Of a DNA stretch of 51,080 bases, positions 23,383 through 36,561 are shown one piece after another. The position numbers and the translations under genes are program-made. The notes under the pieces were generated by a model. The model ran no database searches. It saw nothing but the letters and a program-made list of their open reading frames with translations, and had not been told where the DNA came from. The DNA lies in NCBI RefSeq assembly GCF_006345805.1, contig NW_021834199.1, forward strand, positions 1-51,080. The letters run 5' to 3'. The stretch's first letter is position 1, and every line of letters starts with the position of its first letter. This stretch comes from Octopus sinensis (taxonomy: Eukaryota).

Positions 23383-23985
23383 GTGAGTGGTGTCGACTGT
23401 CACAGCCCACTATTATCACCTCAATAGAAGTTCGAAATGATTACATCTTCTTTATCCCCCATTTCAAATAACTTTACATATTAAATAGAAGATAAAGCGA
23501 CAATTGTGAACCAGTTTGGATGCGGCGCCCACCACTTCCTGTTATTCAACTTAGTGTAATGATTTGTTGCAATAAATTAGAGCGTTTTTGATCACACAAG
23601 CGTAGACGTATTAGAATATAAATGAGACTAGAAACCGGTAATCTTGTGGTAGCCCTATAGAAATGTAGTTGAATGTTGAACAACAGATAATAGATTCGTT
23701 CTCCACCTAGGTTTGTCTGTTTTTGTTTTTCTTTACACTAGTTTGTTTACGTTCTCATTGTAACTGATAAAAATAAGAGAAAAGAAAAAGAAATCACTCA
23801 TTCGTAACGGCACGTAACAGGTGAACTGATATAGAAAAAAAAATACATGTTTATATTTAAACAAGAGGAAACGTACAGTTGTAAAGACTACATAGGAAAG
23901 AGATCATTCAGTTTATGTATTTGTAAACATGCAAGCACTCAGCGTCCAATTAGCGTTCACTAGCAATAATTTAATCGTGTATGTG

Positions 23986-24030
<45 letters not shown>

Positions 24031-24038
24031 TATGAATA

Positions 24039-24083
<45 letters not shown>

Positions 24084-24085
24084 GA

Positions 24086-24127
<42 letters not shown>

Positions 24128-24203
24128 ATATAATTATATATATATATATATATATTTACGTGTATATTATATATGGCATATGTATATATTAATGTTTTTC
24201 TTA

Positions 24204-24251
24204 TGTCAGTCCGACGAAGGCTATCAGGCCGAAACTTCGAGGTCACTGTTA
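24204..24251 (+). ncRNA. Type I hammerhead ribozyme, U4C core variant
   Basis: cagt-CCGACGA-a-ggc/tatcag/gcc-GAAA-cttcgag-GTC-actg. Stem III ACTTCGAGGT is self-complementary with 2 G.U pairs. Cleavage predicted after C24244. Confidence 0.7.
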
Positions 24252-24288
24252 GCACCTTCTTATAAAAGTTCAGTAAATATACATATAC

Positions 24289-24346
<58 letters not shown>

Positions 24347-26181
24347 ACACCAACCCTCGAATCCGCACATACAAACACATATTAGTTGGTGAGCTGACAT
24401 AATCGTTGGCACGCCGGTTAAAATGCAGCTCCGTCGCATGACTTTTAGAGGCCCCCTGCAACGTTTTGTTTCGAGAACCCATCCCTTCAGTCAAAATTCA
24501 TAATCTAAGCACCTTTTATCCATAGCTATATTTTACTTAATTCTATCTAAAGTTCAATATTTTACGTTATCCTAAAGAACATCTTTAAAAGAACAAATTA
24601 AATTTATTCAGGTCTATTACAAATTTCAATAAGTAAAACTTCCAGATATGAATAAAAGAGCACTTTTATAATCCAGGCAACTTTCAAAGACAAACACGGC
24701 TAACTTTTTGTTTCGCGACATTATCGATCAGTTCAGAATAATCAAGCTGAGGGCTAAGTTTGTGTTTAATAGATCTCATAGACAATCCACAATGTCTGAT
24801 ACACGTTCGTGGCACAATGTAATATCTTTACAAGAACGTTTGCAGATACAATCTATTACCATTTTATTTCTTAAAATTTTCAGTTCACATAGATAGTTTA
24901 ATTCTTGTTCAATATCTTAACCAAAGTAAATAGATGACTCATCTACATGCTTTAGTCTCAACATAGGGCCCCTCAACCGCGGAGGCCCATGCGACCACAG
25001 AGTTTTCAGGGGCTTTGCGACGGCCTTGGCAAAATGCTTAACAACATTTCTTCTGTCTTCTGATTTGCTGGCCTTGTGCCAAAATTGTTATTATTATTGT
25101 TATTGTTGTTGTCGTCGTCGTTGTCGTCAGGTGCTCACTGTTCTCTACCATTCGGTCAATACAATCGATGGAGTTTCTACAATAGCAATATACTCTTAGT
25201 ATGTGCCTATAGGTTGGAGAGCAGAAGAGAGGGCTCGTAACTTAGGTGGTCAGGTTAATCCTGGACTTGTGGGGTTCCTTGATTTGCCCTAGCTGGAAGT
25301 TATCCATAGGCCCTCGTCCAAAAGTCCTCTGGAAAAGACCAGTTAGTTGATCCCTACCGACACCCAGAGTTTCCCCGAGTACGTCGTCGTTCTTTCCCCC
25401 CACTGATCCTCTATAGAACTCCATAGGGGAACTTCCACTGACTGCGTTGCCCGACTGGCAGAAAGCTGTGAGCGCTTGCCGACACTCCAGGTGCCAAATT
25501 TTAATGCCTATTGCGTATCCAACTGTCACAGCAACACATTCACTTGCTAATTCTTAGATAGTGAGGGAAAAGAAATAAGTCACATGAGTTCGAAGCCTCA
25601 GTAAGTTTTAACAAATTCTCCAATACAATTTATTTTCAGTACGTATAAACAATAAGCTAAGGGCATTTACACCGCAAATTTAAGTCAACGAAATACTTGA
25701 TTTCTTCATCTGAAAACACGAAATAAAACTTGAAAAGAAAAAAATTGCAATGAATATGTATTAAGTAGATTATTATTAATGAAAACAATTATAGGCGGGA
25801 GAGAGAGAGAGAGAAAGTGAGAGACTGTTTTGCAAATGAAAACGAAACATTTTGCCAGAACATATTAATATTGTTTATCATATGTTAAAACCTACTCTGC
25901 GGGGAACGTAAAACTTGGCAACAAATATTTCAATTTGTGATAGTGAATAATAACAGTGGCTGCGAAAGTGCCTTTTTATCGATATATACCAGAGGAATTT
26001 ATAAAAATTTTCCAGAGTCAAACCTATAGTAGTGGCTGTAATGGAGGGTGTGACTAACTAACTAACGGACATTACAAAAATGTATTTGTAGATATATAGT
26101 TGAGTGAATCTGTTATATATATTTATCATTAATAATTGGTAGAACTTACATAGGTGTGCATAGATAGATAGATAGATAGAT

Positions 26182-26217
<36 letters not shown>

Positions 26218-26377
26218 GGACGGACGGACAGACGGACGGACGGACGGACGGATGGACGGATGGATGGCTAGGTGGATGGATGCACACACACACACACACA
26301 CTCACACACACATACACACACACATACACACAAAATGTCTGGTGCTGTGAGAACACATGGGAATGGCGTTTCCTTAC

Positions 26378-26436
26378 CTTTTCAAATATACCTAAATTTA
26401 AAGTGATCTAATATAACGATATCGTTCATCCGGCAT
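26378..26436 (-). other. Candidate small exon (59 nt, or 45 nt using the donor at 26391)
   Basis: Acceptor atatttcaacag, donor AAG|GTAAGG. Only the 45 nt form is open (CRMNDIVILDHFKF). Confidence 0.3.
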
Positions 26437-26626
26437 CTGTTGAAATATGCCAAATCAATTTAATTCCTCGCAAGTATATGTTAACTTTACATATAATTTA
26501 TGAGTTAATTATATTTACTGAAACTTGCTAAAAAGCATATTTTGCTTTAAAGTAATATCTCCTTGTAGACACAAGTGTCAGTAATCATACTGTTTCTATT
26601 TCTTTCAGGAATTATTTTTACATTCG

Positions 26627-27010
26627 TAAGGCGGCGAGCTGGCGGAATGGTTAGCACGCCGGGCAAAATGCGTAGCCGTATTTCGTCTGCCGTTACGTTC
26701 TGAGTTCAAATTCTGCCGAGGTTGACTTGGCCTTTCATCCTTTCAGGGTCGATAAATTAATTACCAGTTACGCACTGGGGTCGCTATAATCGACTTAATC
26801 CGTTTGTCTGTCCTTGTTTGTCTTCTCTGTGTTTAGCCCCTTGTGAGTAGTAAAGAAATAGGTATTTCGTCTGTCTTTATGTTCTGAGTTCAAATTCCGC
26901 CGAGGTCGACTTTGCTTTTTATCCTTTCGAGGGTTGATAAGTTAAATACCAGTTGCGTACTGGGGTCGATATAATCGACTGGCCCCCTCCCCCAAAATTT
27001 AGGGCCCTTG
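26627..27010 (+). mobile_element. SINE family B, full copy followed by a second partial copy
   Basis: taaggcggcgagctggc...taaagaaataggtatttcgtctg...gaggtcgactttgc. Confidence 0.8.
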
Positions 27011-27024
27011 TGCCTAGACTAAAA

Positions 27025-27645
27025 ATTAATGTTTTTACATTAGCCTTCTTTTGGACTCTAGATAATGCAACATGCAGCTGACCATGTGAGAAGAATTGCG
27101 TGGGAAGATATATTCCAGTTTGTTCAAAGGCCTGTCCCTGTGCTTTTTTGCAAGTCAATGCAAAAGCTGGCTTGACAGGAAATCGTTTGCGTGTAAATGT
27201 GAATGGAAATTCCATTTCTTGAGACACATGTGGTATTCTTGGGACTAGCATAAGCAACCTCAGCCTCAAAAACATAATCATGTAAGCTGACAATGATGTA
27301 GAGCATGCCTTTGCAATGTTCGTTAGTAGCAACTAAATTTCTCAGAAGCATTATGCAGCATTTTTCCTTCAATTTGAGAATGTGTGGTGGAAACCCTGAT
27401 GGTGTAAGTTTGTTGATAAATTCAATTGGGTACAGAGTTTCATTATCAACTGTATCTGAGCTTCTGTATATTTTTAGCTCACCAGGGATCCCGGTCAATA
27501 GAAAATCATTCACAAATTGTGCTGCTTCATTTGTTGGAGTAACAATGGTTCTATTTGCAAGCTACACAGTGTTTGTGAAGTTATTTTTGATGTCAGCATA
27601 TACAGATAGAACTGATAGAGTACCACTTTCATTGGCAGGTCATTG
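27025..27645 (-). pseudogene. Helitron Rep/Helicase, PIF1-like helicase C-terminus
   Basis: YPIEFINKLTPSGFPPHILKLKEKCCIMLLRNL and FPFTFTRKRFPVKPAFALTCKKAQGQ...FSHGQLHVALSRV. Confidence 0.88.
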
Positions 27646-27654
27646 GTAAAGGTC

Positions 27655-27925
27655 ATTATACCGGTATATTAAAGAATTTTCGTTTTATCAAAAATATTCA
27701 TTTAACAAACTCCGGGAACTGATAATATTCTTAAAATTGTGCCACGTATCAAAGTTATTCAGTTATTTTGTGTAATAGGATGCATTCATTCAACACAAAA
27801 CCACTTAAAAATTATACCAGTATATTAAAAAAAATTCATTTTATCAAAAATATTCATCTAACAAACTCTGGAAACTGATAATATTCTTGAAATTGTGTCT
27901 CGTATCAAAGTTATATAGCTATTAT
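27655..27925. repeat. Diverged ~115 bp direct repeat pair
   Basis: attatacc.gtatattaaa...ttttatcaaaaatattcat.taacaaactc.gg.aactgataatattctt occurs twice. Confidence 0.75.
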
Positions 27926-28205
27926 TAAATTATCATTAATGAAAATAGAGGCGAGCGAGAATGAGAGACTGTTGCAAATAAAAACGTAAAATGTTGCATA
28001 CAACGAATCAATAGTGTTTATTATTAAACATTAAAATCTACTCCACAGTGAATGCAATGGATATTTAAATTTATGAAGAACTGGACGCAGTGAATGCAAT
28101 GAATATGCAAATTTGCGAGAATTTGGCATTAGAAAAATTCAATAAACTTCAGAAGTCGAAATTATAGGAAAAATCTTAGAACATCTGTATATATATAAGG
28201 CAGGA

Positions 28206-28283
<78 letters not shown>

Positions 28284-28749
28284 TGATTGTAGTTTATGCA
28301 CATCCACAAATTAGCACGCATGTCGCTCAAATTTTAGGAGGACATTCGTCACGATCCTAGCTGTAGTTTCGTCAAATTATTTTCCACCGAGGCACCCGCG
28401 AATAGCGGTAAATAATTTTGAGCCATAACTTCAATTTTCACGGCTGAGAAATCCACTGTAGTGACGCCATTTTTGTTGACAAAACATGAGTTAAGTCCCC
28501 TTCTAGCGACGGTGTAAAGAGAGGGAGGGAGAGGGAGAGCGAAAGCGAGACAGATTTTTAAAATTTCTTTTTAGTGAGTGATTGACAGACAAAAACAGAC
28601 AAACAGGTGTTGTTATGTATGTATGCATGTATGTATGTATGTATATATGTATGTATGTATGTATGTGTGAATGGCTTCAGTCACACACACACACACTCAC
28701 ACGAGCATTTATGCGTACAAAACAGATGCATGCAATGTGTGTGTTGACC

Positions 28750-28774
<25 letters not shown>

Positions 28775-28789
<15 letters not shown>

Positions 28790-29156
28790 CTGAAGTTGTC
28801 TGTGTATGGCAGGCTTGGTAGCCTTCAACTAACACTATTTCCTCCGAGACACTGCGGCACTAGTTGACCAAAATTGAGAATATGATAGAAGGCTTGCTCT
28901 TTCTTCCGTAGAACAAAAAATTCAAATCGGACCATGTTAACATCAAAAATTATTTACATCAAAAAGGTGCTTTTTTTATATGAAAATCCCGATTTTTTTA
29001 CGATTTTTTTGACTGCTGTGTCGCCATTTTTCAAAGTATTTCAACCAGAAAAATGTTCACTTAAAGAGAATAACAAACTACATAATGCATACTTTTCAAA
29101 AATTCCAAATATAAAGGGTCGAAACAAACCCGAGCAACGCTGGGCGAAACTGCTAG
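28775..29156 (+). mobile_element. Non-autonomous Helitron
   Basis: 3' hairpin cccgagcaacgctggg then CTAG|t. Same family as 38920-39296 and 45483-45875. Confidence 0.85.
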
Positions 29157-29277
29157 TTTAGTTATAAAAATATTTCCAGACGGTCAAGCTTTTAATATTG
29201 CTTTCTTTTAGTACTTTTAGTAATTATTACATATCTAATTAATAAGCAGCTTTCTTTATTACAGTTGTTGTTGTTGT

Positions 29278-29326
<49 letters not shown>

Positions 29327-29370
29327 TATTATTATTATTATATTATTATTATTATATTATTATTATTATT

Positions 29371-29851
29371 GAGTGAGAGAGCAGCTCATGCCATCAAAGT
29401 GACACTGGGGTAAAATATACGAAGCCCAATATACCCATCATGACTACCCGTCTGATAAGGGTACACCAGGCACATGCATCACAACCATATGTGCGCGACA
29501 TGGTGATCTCATATCAAGGTAAACAGCGCATGACCTTGCAGGTGGGGCCCAGTTAGATTTTTCTTCAGTTCGAGTAGCCCATCCCGCTCAAAAGGTCCCT
29601 GAATAAGGGTTGTTTAAGGATGTTGAAAGAACCACCCATGTTTCCAGAGGTGAACTATTCAAACTCCAAAGAATCCCTCTCAACACATAGCTATAATGCT
29701 CCCCCACTACGTCTGCTCGTGATCAGAGATGCATATATCGTCAGCCACTAAGGGACGTGCTCAACTGGTTATGGTCAAACAACTGACAAGCAAATCTGTG
29801 GTATTGAGCAGAATATTTGCAGTAGCCCATCTTTTATACCAAGACAAAACA

Positions 29852-29852
<1 letters not shown>
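29371..29852. mobile_element. ~480 bp interspersed repeat inserted in (TTA)n
   Basis: Flanked by (TTA)n on both sides. Partial second copy at 33778-33910, also after (TTA)n. Confidence 0.6.
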
Positions 29853-29897
<45 letters not shown>

Positions 29898-30034
29898 TAT
29901 TATTATTATTTATTATTATTATTATTTAAAACAGATGATGCCTGTAATAATACAATTGTTCCAAATACATTGTTGTATTTCTTTAAAGACCAAACTGAAT
30001 ATCTGCTGATGGAGCCAGAACCGTATATATATAA

Positions 30035-30428
30035 CTAGCAGTATCGCCCGGCGTTGCTCGGGTTTGTAAGGGAAATAACTATATAAGCATTTTTAGAGAT
30101 GTAAAGTATAATAGCCATCTCAATATGGCTAACCTCAAAGGAGGGGTGTTACTGTAGCTTTTTACGTTCTGAGATTTAATAATACATTTTTAGAGAGTTA
30201 CTTCCCTTATATAATAGCAAAAAAATGCATTAAAAATGGGGGAAAATGATGGAAAATTTTTTTTATAATCGTAGACTCATCGTAGACGCGCGCTAATACC
30301 CAGAAGGGCTCGATATGAATCACGACTATAAGATACCCGCTTTTGGTTACACTGCACCGAAAAATGTGGGAGTAGTTAGGAATCTAAATCATAGGAGACA
30401 CACACAACTTCACTTTTATTTATAAAGA
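30035..30428 (-). mobile_element. Non-autonomous Helitron, second family
   Basis: a|CTAGcagtatcgcccggcgttgctcggg end shared with the other family. Other end ...aaaga|t (5' TC). Different body. Confidence 0.8.
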
Positions 30429-30966
30429 TGTACGTATATGAATGATAAGTTAAAGTTGATAAACGGGAAGTCGCTTTATTAAAGGCGTTTGAATGAGTTG
30501 TTCTAACTGAAGAGCGTAATGAATAACGTAATCCAACATACTTAAAACCCCAAATAGTGCTTCATCTGTCTTCTTATAAAAGTTAATTTTTGAAACTTCC
30601 CCCAAGGCTACCAAATTTGGCCAACTAGTATTTTGACCTTAATGGCTTCTCAACTCATCTCCGTTCTCTTTCTGCATCTCTCCTACTCATCCCCTTCTCT
30701 CTCTCTCTCTTTCTCTCGCTCGCTCTCACTCTCTCTGCCCTCTCCCACGCACACGCACACGCCCCTCTTCTTTCCTTCACAATAATACGTTTTTACTTCT
30801 ATCAACGAAGCAATAACTGACGTCAATGAACTTTATTCAAATCCTGACCCTTATAGTACTACTTACTCCCTTCATTTACAACAAGACATTGAAACGCCTA
30901 CGCAGGATGATCATGTCCGCCTTCTCCCTTAACCAATCATCACGCGTGTATGCGTGTGTATACCCA

Positions 30967-31024
<58 letters not shown>

Positions 31025-31044
31025 CCTGTCTGTCTGTCTAATTT

Positions 31045-31083
<39 letters not shown>

Positions 31084-31165
31084 GTCTGTCTGTCTGTCTG
31101 TCTGTATGTATGTATGTATGTATGTATGTATGTATGTATGTATGTATGTATGTATGTATATATAT

Positions 31166-31196
<31 letters not shown>

Positions 31197-31594
31197 CGCT
31201 CCCCCTCTCTTTCTTTAACTCCTACTTATCCTCCTCGTTTATCACCCTTGTACTTTTCCCTTCGTCTCCTTGATTTTTTCAAATCCTTCAATCCCAATGC
31301 CCCTACCCCTCTCTCCTCCTTCCGCATAACCGGTGTCCGGCCTGCCATGATCTTTCTTTCTTGGCTTGACTGCCGACTACCAACACCACATATGTCCATC
31401 TCCTATGTTCCTGCCTTAAGGTTTTCACTTTATACCCGCCAGCTCAATTTGATTCGTCCTCAGTCGAAAGACACCTGTTGTTATATTCCTGTTGTTTGTA
31501 TTTGTAACTGTGTACCATGTTCCCTGTTTTTTTTTCTTTGTCTTTGCCGTACACATTCGATAGCTTTCTTACAAAAAAATGTATTGCTCTTACT

Positions 31595-33046
31595 TTAGAC
31601 TTTCGGGGGAGGCAACCAGATCAAACAGACTCAAGTGTAACTGCCCGAAACTGTAAGGAAATTTGGTAACTTAACTGAAGAAAGAAAGCCACGAATGACC
31701 CATCCTGTTTTTTTCCCTGTCCTTCTAATTGTTGTTTTCCCTGTTCGCTTTTGTATCGTCTATCTGTCCGAATGTTTTATTGCCATCTATTGATTTATTG
31801 TTCCATTTTTTATTTATATATATATATGTATGTATATATGTATGTATGTATGTATTATGTTTGTATGTATTATGTATGTATTATGTATGTATGTATGTAT
31901 GTATGTATGTATGTATGTATGTATGTATGTATGTATGTATGTATGTATGTATGTATGAATGTATATATGTATGTATTATGTATGTATGTATTATGTATGT
32001 ATGTATGAATGTATGTATGTATGTATGTATGTATGAATGTATGTATGTATGTAGTATGTATGTATGTATGTATGTATGTATGTATGTATGTATGTATGTA
32101 TGAATGTATATATGTATGTATTATGTATGTATGTATTATGTATGTAGTATGAATGTATGTATGTATGTATGTATGTATGAATGTATGTATGTATGTATGT
32201 ATCTGTCTATCTATCTATCTATCTATCTATCTATATTACATTACATATATGCATATATGCATACATATCATATATATATACATATATATATGCACATATA
32301 TATACATATATATATGTATATATTACATATATTATACATATACATACATACATATGCATACATACATACATACATACATACATACATACATACATACATA
32401 CATACATACATACATACATACATACATGCTAATCGCTGTTCCGCACATCTCAGAAGAACAATTTCGTCCTTTTCCCGACAAGAGTGTGTTCATAACACAT
32501 TCGTCTCATTGTTGCAAGGGATTCTGGGACTAGTGTTGCAACAACGTCAACAAGAAGCAACCCCGGACGTTTGAGATTAAACAAGAGCCGATGGTTTTCT
32601 TTATAATTTCAACGAACAAATTGTTTGCTGATTAGTGATGGTATCAGCCATTCTATAAAAAAAAAAAAGTGTTATTTGCCCTGTCAACAGAGAGGTCTGT
32701 CACGGCTAAAATTAACTGTTCGGTTTCTCGTTTCATGTTGCTATCTGACAGCCACAAGCAACAATCTATACTTCCAGCATCCTCGGTTTTCTTTGCATGA
32801 AATGACCATCTAATTCTTTCTCTTTCAAACTATTTGTCCTGTCGTTCTTCCTTACGTTACTGATGTCTCTTACTGCTTCATTGAGTTTTTGTATACATAA
32901 AAACGCAATAGAGAGCAATAAAACAATCGGACAGATAGACGATACAAAAGCGGACAGGGAAAACAACAATTAGAAGGACATGGCAAAAAAAGGACGGGTC
33001 ATTTGTGGCTTTATTTCTTCAGCTAAGTTACCAAATGTCCTTACAA
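31595..33046. repeat. Inverted pair of related repeats (~31650-31800 + / ~32880-33046 -) around (TATG)n...(TACA)n
   Basis: ggtaactta.ctgaagaaa.aaagccac.aatgaccc.tcc...ccctgt.cgcttttgtatcgtctatctgtccga appears on opposite strands. Confidence 0.8.
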
Positions 33047-33139
33047 TATATATTGTATATAATTGATGTTTTGCCCGGTATAAATATGCTTCCTATCGAA
33101 CCATAACCCCTGGTTTAGGATGAAAAATATTTTGTGCAT

Positions 33140-33540
33140 TCTGTAGTCTTTTGTTGTTGCTTTTTGTTTTTGTTTTTTACATATATTTTACATTGTATTA
33201 CTGAACCTTGCAGACATATTTTCCTCATTTCATCCACTCCCTGATTAGATCAAAGGCTTATTCTCGGATTATTCTGTTACTTTTCACAATAATCAGTAAT
33301 ATCATAATTTTCTGAACTTCTTCCTTCCAGAACTTGAGGATTTCATAATTTGCGACTGTATAATGCTTTATATTGTCTTTAATTGTATCGAACGGGTATA
33401 CCATTGCAACACATGGTTTCTACTTGTTGCCGATGATTACAGAATCTGATCTGCTGTGTTCTCTTCTTTCAGTTTGTATAGAAATGTCCTACAATAACCA
33501 CACTTCATCATTTTCGAAGGTTTCTATTTCTATCTTGAAA
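33140..33540 (-). pseudogene. R4/Dong-type restriction-like endonuclease remnant
   Basis: ENDEVWLL*DISIQTERREHSRSD matches the ENDEVKILWD...IQTD...RPD motif. Abuts (TTA)n. Confidence 0.65.
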
Positions 33541-33546
33541 AAAATC

Positions 33547-33608
<62 letters not shown>

Positions 33609-33611
<3 letters not shown>

Positions 33612-33685
33612 TAGTTTTATTTTTTATAGCGTGCTTTCACTTCACTACCGAGCGCAGCTCTGTGTGCCTTGGGTATGTGCTGTGA
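33609..33685 (-). mobile_element. Short retroelement 3' end with (TAA)n tail
   Basis: cacagcacatacccaaggcacacagagctgcgctcggtagtgaagtgaaagcacgctataaaaaataaaactactg(aat)n. Confidence 0.45.
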
Positions 33686-33706
33686 TTATTATTATTGTTG
33701 TTGTTA

Positions 33707-33764
<58 letters not shown>

Positions 33765-33910
33765 CATCATCATTATTGAGTGAGGGAGCAGTACATGCCA
33801 TAAAAATGACACTGGGATAAAAATATACGAAGCCCAGTATACCCATCATGACTACCCATCTGATAAGGGTACACCAGACACATGTATGACAACCATATGT
33901 GCGCGACATG

Positions 33911-33996
33911 TAGATCTCATGGGGTCTATTTGCTCTAGCATGGCCGCAGTCAAATGACTGGAACAAATAAGAGAATAAAAGAATAAAAGATAAAAG

Positions 33997-34044
<48 letters not shown>

Positions 34045-34138
34045 AGAGAGAGAGAGAGGGAGAGTGAGTGAAAGAGAGAGAGAGTGAGAGAGAGACAGGC
34101 CCAGACGACATGCAGAGAGACAGATAGACAGACAGATG

Positions 34139-34229
<91 letters not shown>

Positions 34230-34907
34230 ACGTAACGAACAGCTACAGAATAGCCAAGCTGGGGTTCGAAGCCGGGACCACATTTTTCCACATTATCCAA
34301 CAAGTTTTCAGCCTATTGTTTTCACCAGTTGCACTCAGAGATTAATGAGAATGTGCTGACCTCTGATCTCCCTCAAACTTATTCTTCAGTCAATTCTAAT
34401 TAGGACGAGGATCCCAATTGTTCTCAGGTGACATAATTGAACTGGCAAAATTATAAATAATTATATAAGTAAATATATACTATATAATATATCGTTGTTT
34501 TTCGTCCGCCGATATAGGCTTCTTCCAATGCGCCAGAGAAAAATTTGTTTGCTTGTTATCAGTCGTAAGACACTGTTGTTTCACCGTTAATGCTTCTGTA
34601 TTTATGTTTCTGTTTCCATTATGTTTTTGTTTTTTTATATCTGTCCCTTTGCTGTCCTGGTGTTCGTATGCATTCGATCCTTCTTCCAGGAAATCTACGC
34701 TTCAGCTTAGTTTTTCTAATGCTCGTTGCTTAGTTTTTCTTGGAGGGCTGGCCGTGATCTAGTACTCAAAGATTAATCAGCCGAAATTACTACGATGATA
34801 CGGTTCTTGACTGAAGACTGAGGGTTTCGAGTGTCCTGTCCGTGGTTTATGTGTGTCGTCTTCTAAGAGTTATACGTCTTGTCCATGTTGTATTTCTACA
34901 TACCTTA

Positions 34908-34944
<37 letters not shown>

Positions 34945-34993
34945 ATTTATAATGTGTACTTACATATAAGTGAATAAAGTGTACGTACGCCGC

Positions 34994-35026
<33 letters not shown>

Positions 35027-35817
35027 ATAATATATATATATATAATATATATATAAATAATACAAAATGGGACAAGAACGCAAAACATCCGGACAACTAG
35101 GTGATACAAAAAGGGACAACAAAACATCAGATAGAGAACATACAAAAAAAAAACAGGACAGGTCATTCGAAGCTTTCTATCCGCAGTCAAGAACGGATCA
35201 TCCTCGCAATTCGGCTGATTAATCTTGTGAGATTGCTCCAATCTGGCCAGCCCCAAGGAAAAACAAGCTAAGAGCATTAGATTCCTTGGAAGAAAGCATC
35301 GAATGTATACGAAAACAAAGACTGAAAAACAGACGAGGGTATAGGACGTCACCAACAGTAAACAACATGAAGTACGAAAACAAATGAGTCAAATACGCAA
35401 ACAACGAGACAGAAAAATGGAAAACAGGACAAGTAACACAAAGAACGACCTTTCATCAGTTGTCGGCTGTCTATCTACCTCTCATTTCGGGCATTCAGCG
35501 ACAAATTATAAATACACAAGCAAATCTCAGTCGACGTCTTTCGGCCATCAATACGCCGTCTGGCTGAAGAGCGAACATAGACATCAGTCACTCAAATTAT
35601 AGATCTCATGGGGTCTATTTGCTCTAGCATGGCCGCAGTCAAATGACTGGAACAAATAAGAGAATAAAAGAATAAAAGAATAAAAAAATATATAATATAT
35701 ATATATATATATATATAATATATATAGAAAGAGAGAGAGAGAGGGAGAGTGAGTGAAAGAGAGAGAGAGTGAGAGAGAGACAGGCAGACAGACAGACAGG
35801 CAGAAAGACAGATAGAC

Positions 35818-35895
<78 letters not shown>

Positions 35896-36513
35896 ACGTA
35901 ACGAACAGCTACAGAATAGCCAAGCTGGGGTTCGAAGCCGGGACCACATTTTTCCACATTATCCAACAAGTTTTCAGCCTATTGTTTTCACCAGTTGCAC
36001 TCAGAGATTAATGAGAATGTGCTGACCTCTTGATCTCCCTCAAACTTATTCTTCAGTCAATTCTAATTAAGGACGAGGATCCCAATTGTTCTCAGGTGAC
36101 ATAATTGAACTGGCAAAATTATAAATAATTATATAAGTAATATATACATATATATATATATATGTATTCTGTATTTTTGTTGTGTACTTCGTTCGTTTTC
36201 CGTCCTTTCGTTGTATACATTCGAAGCTTTCTTCCAGGGGATCTATTGCGCTTGGCTTAGATTTCCCTTGGCGGGCTGGCCATATCGGAGCAATCTCAAG
36301 ATTAATCAGCCGAAATTGCTAAGATGATCTGGTTCTTGACTGATGACTGAGGGCTTCGAATGTCCCGTCCTGTGGTTCTTGTGTCGTCTCTGTGGTGTTC
36401 ATGTTCTTGTCCATGTCTGTAATTATTTTTACTGTTTACCTATATTATATATATATTATATATATATTTATAATGTGTACTTACATATAAGTGAATAAAG
36501 TGTACGTACGCCG

Positions 36514-36561
<48 letters not shown>

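Noticed and set aside
25242-25529. ORF with an LKFGTWSV motif resembling an APE N-terminus
   Set aside because: No further APE motifs follow; unclassified.
30550-30580. 31 nt exon bridging the two in-frame exon blocks
   Set aside because: Stop codon in the required frame, and a weak acceptor.
32560-32652. Exon after the strong minus-strand acceptor ttttttttttttatag
   Set aside because: Stops in all frames before any good donor.
35445-35590. Hammerhead candidates (ctgatga at ~35455 -, cagacgg...gccgaaagacgtc -; duplicated near 36950-37090)
   Set aside because: Core elements and stems do not assemble into one consistent fold.
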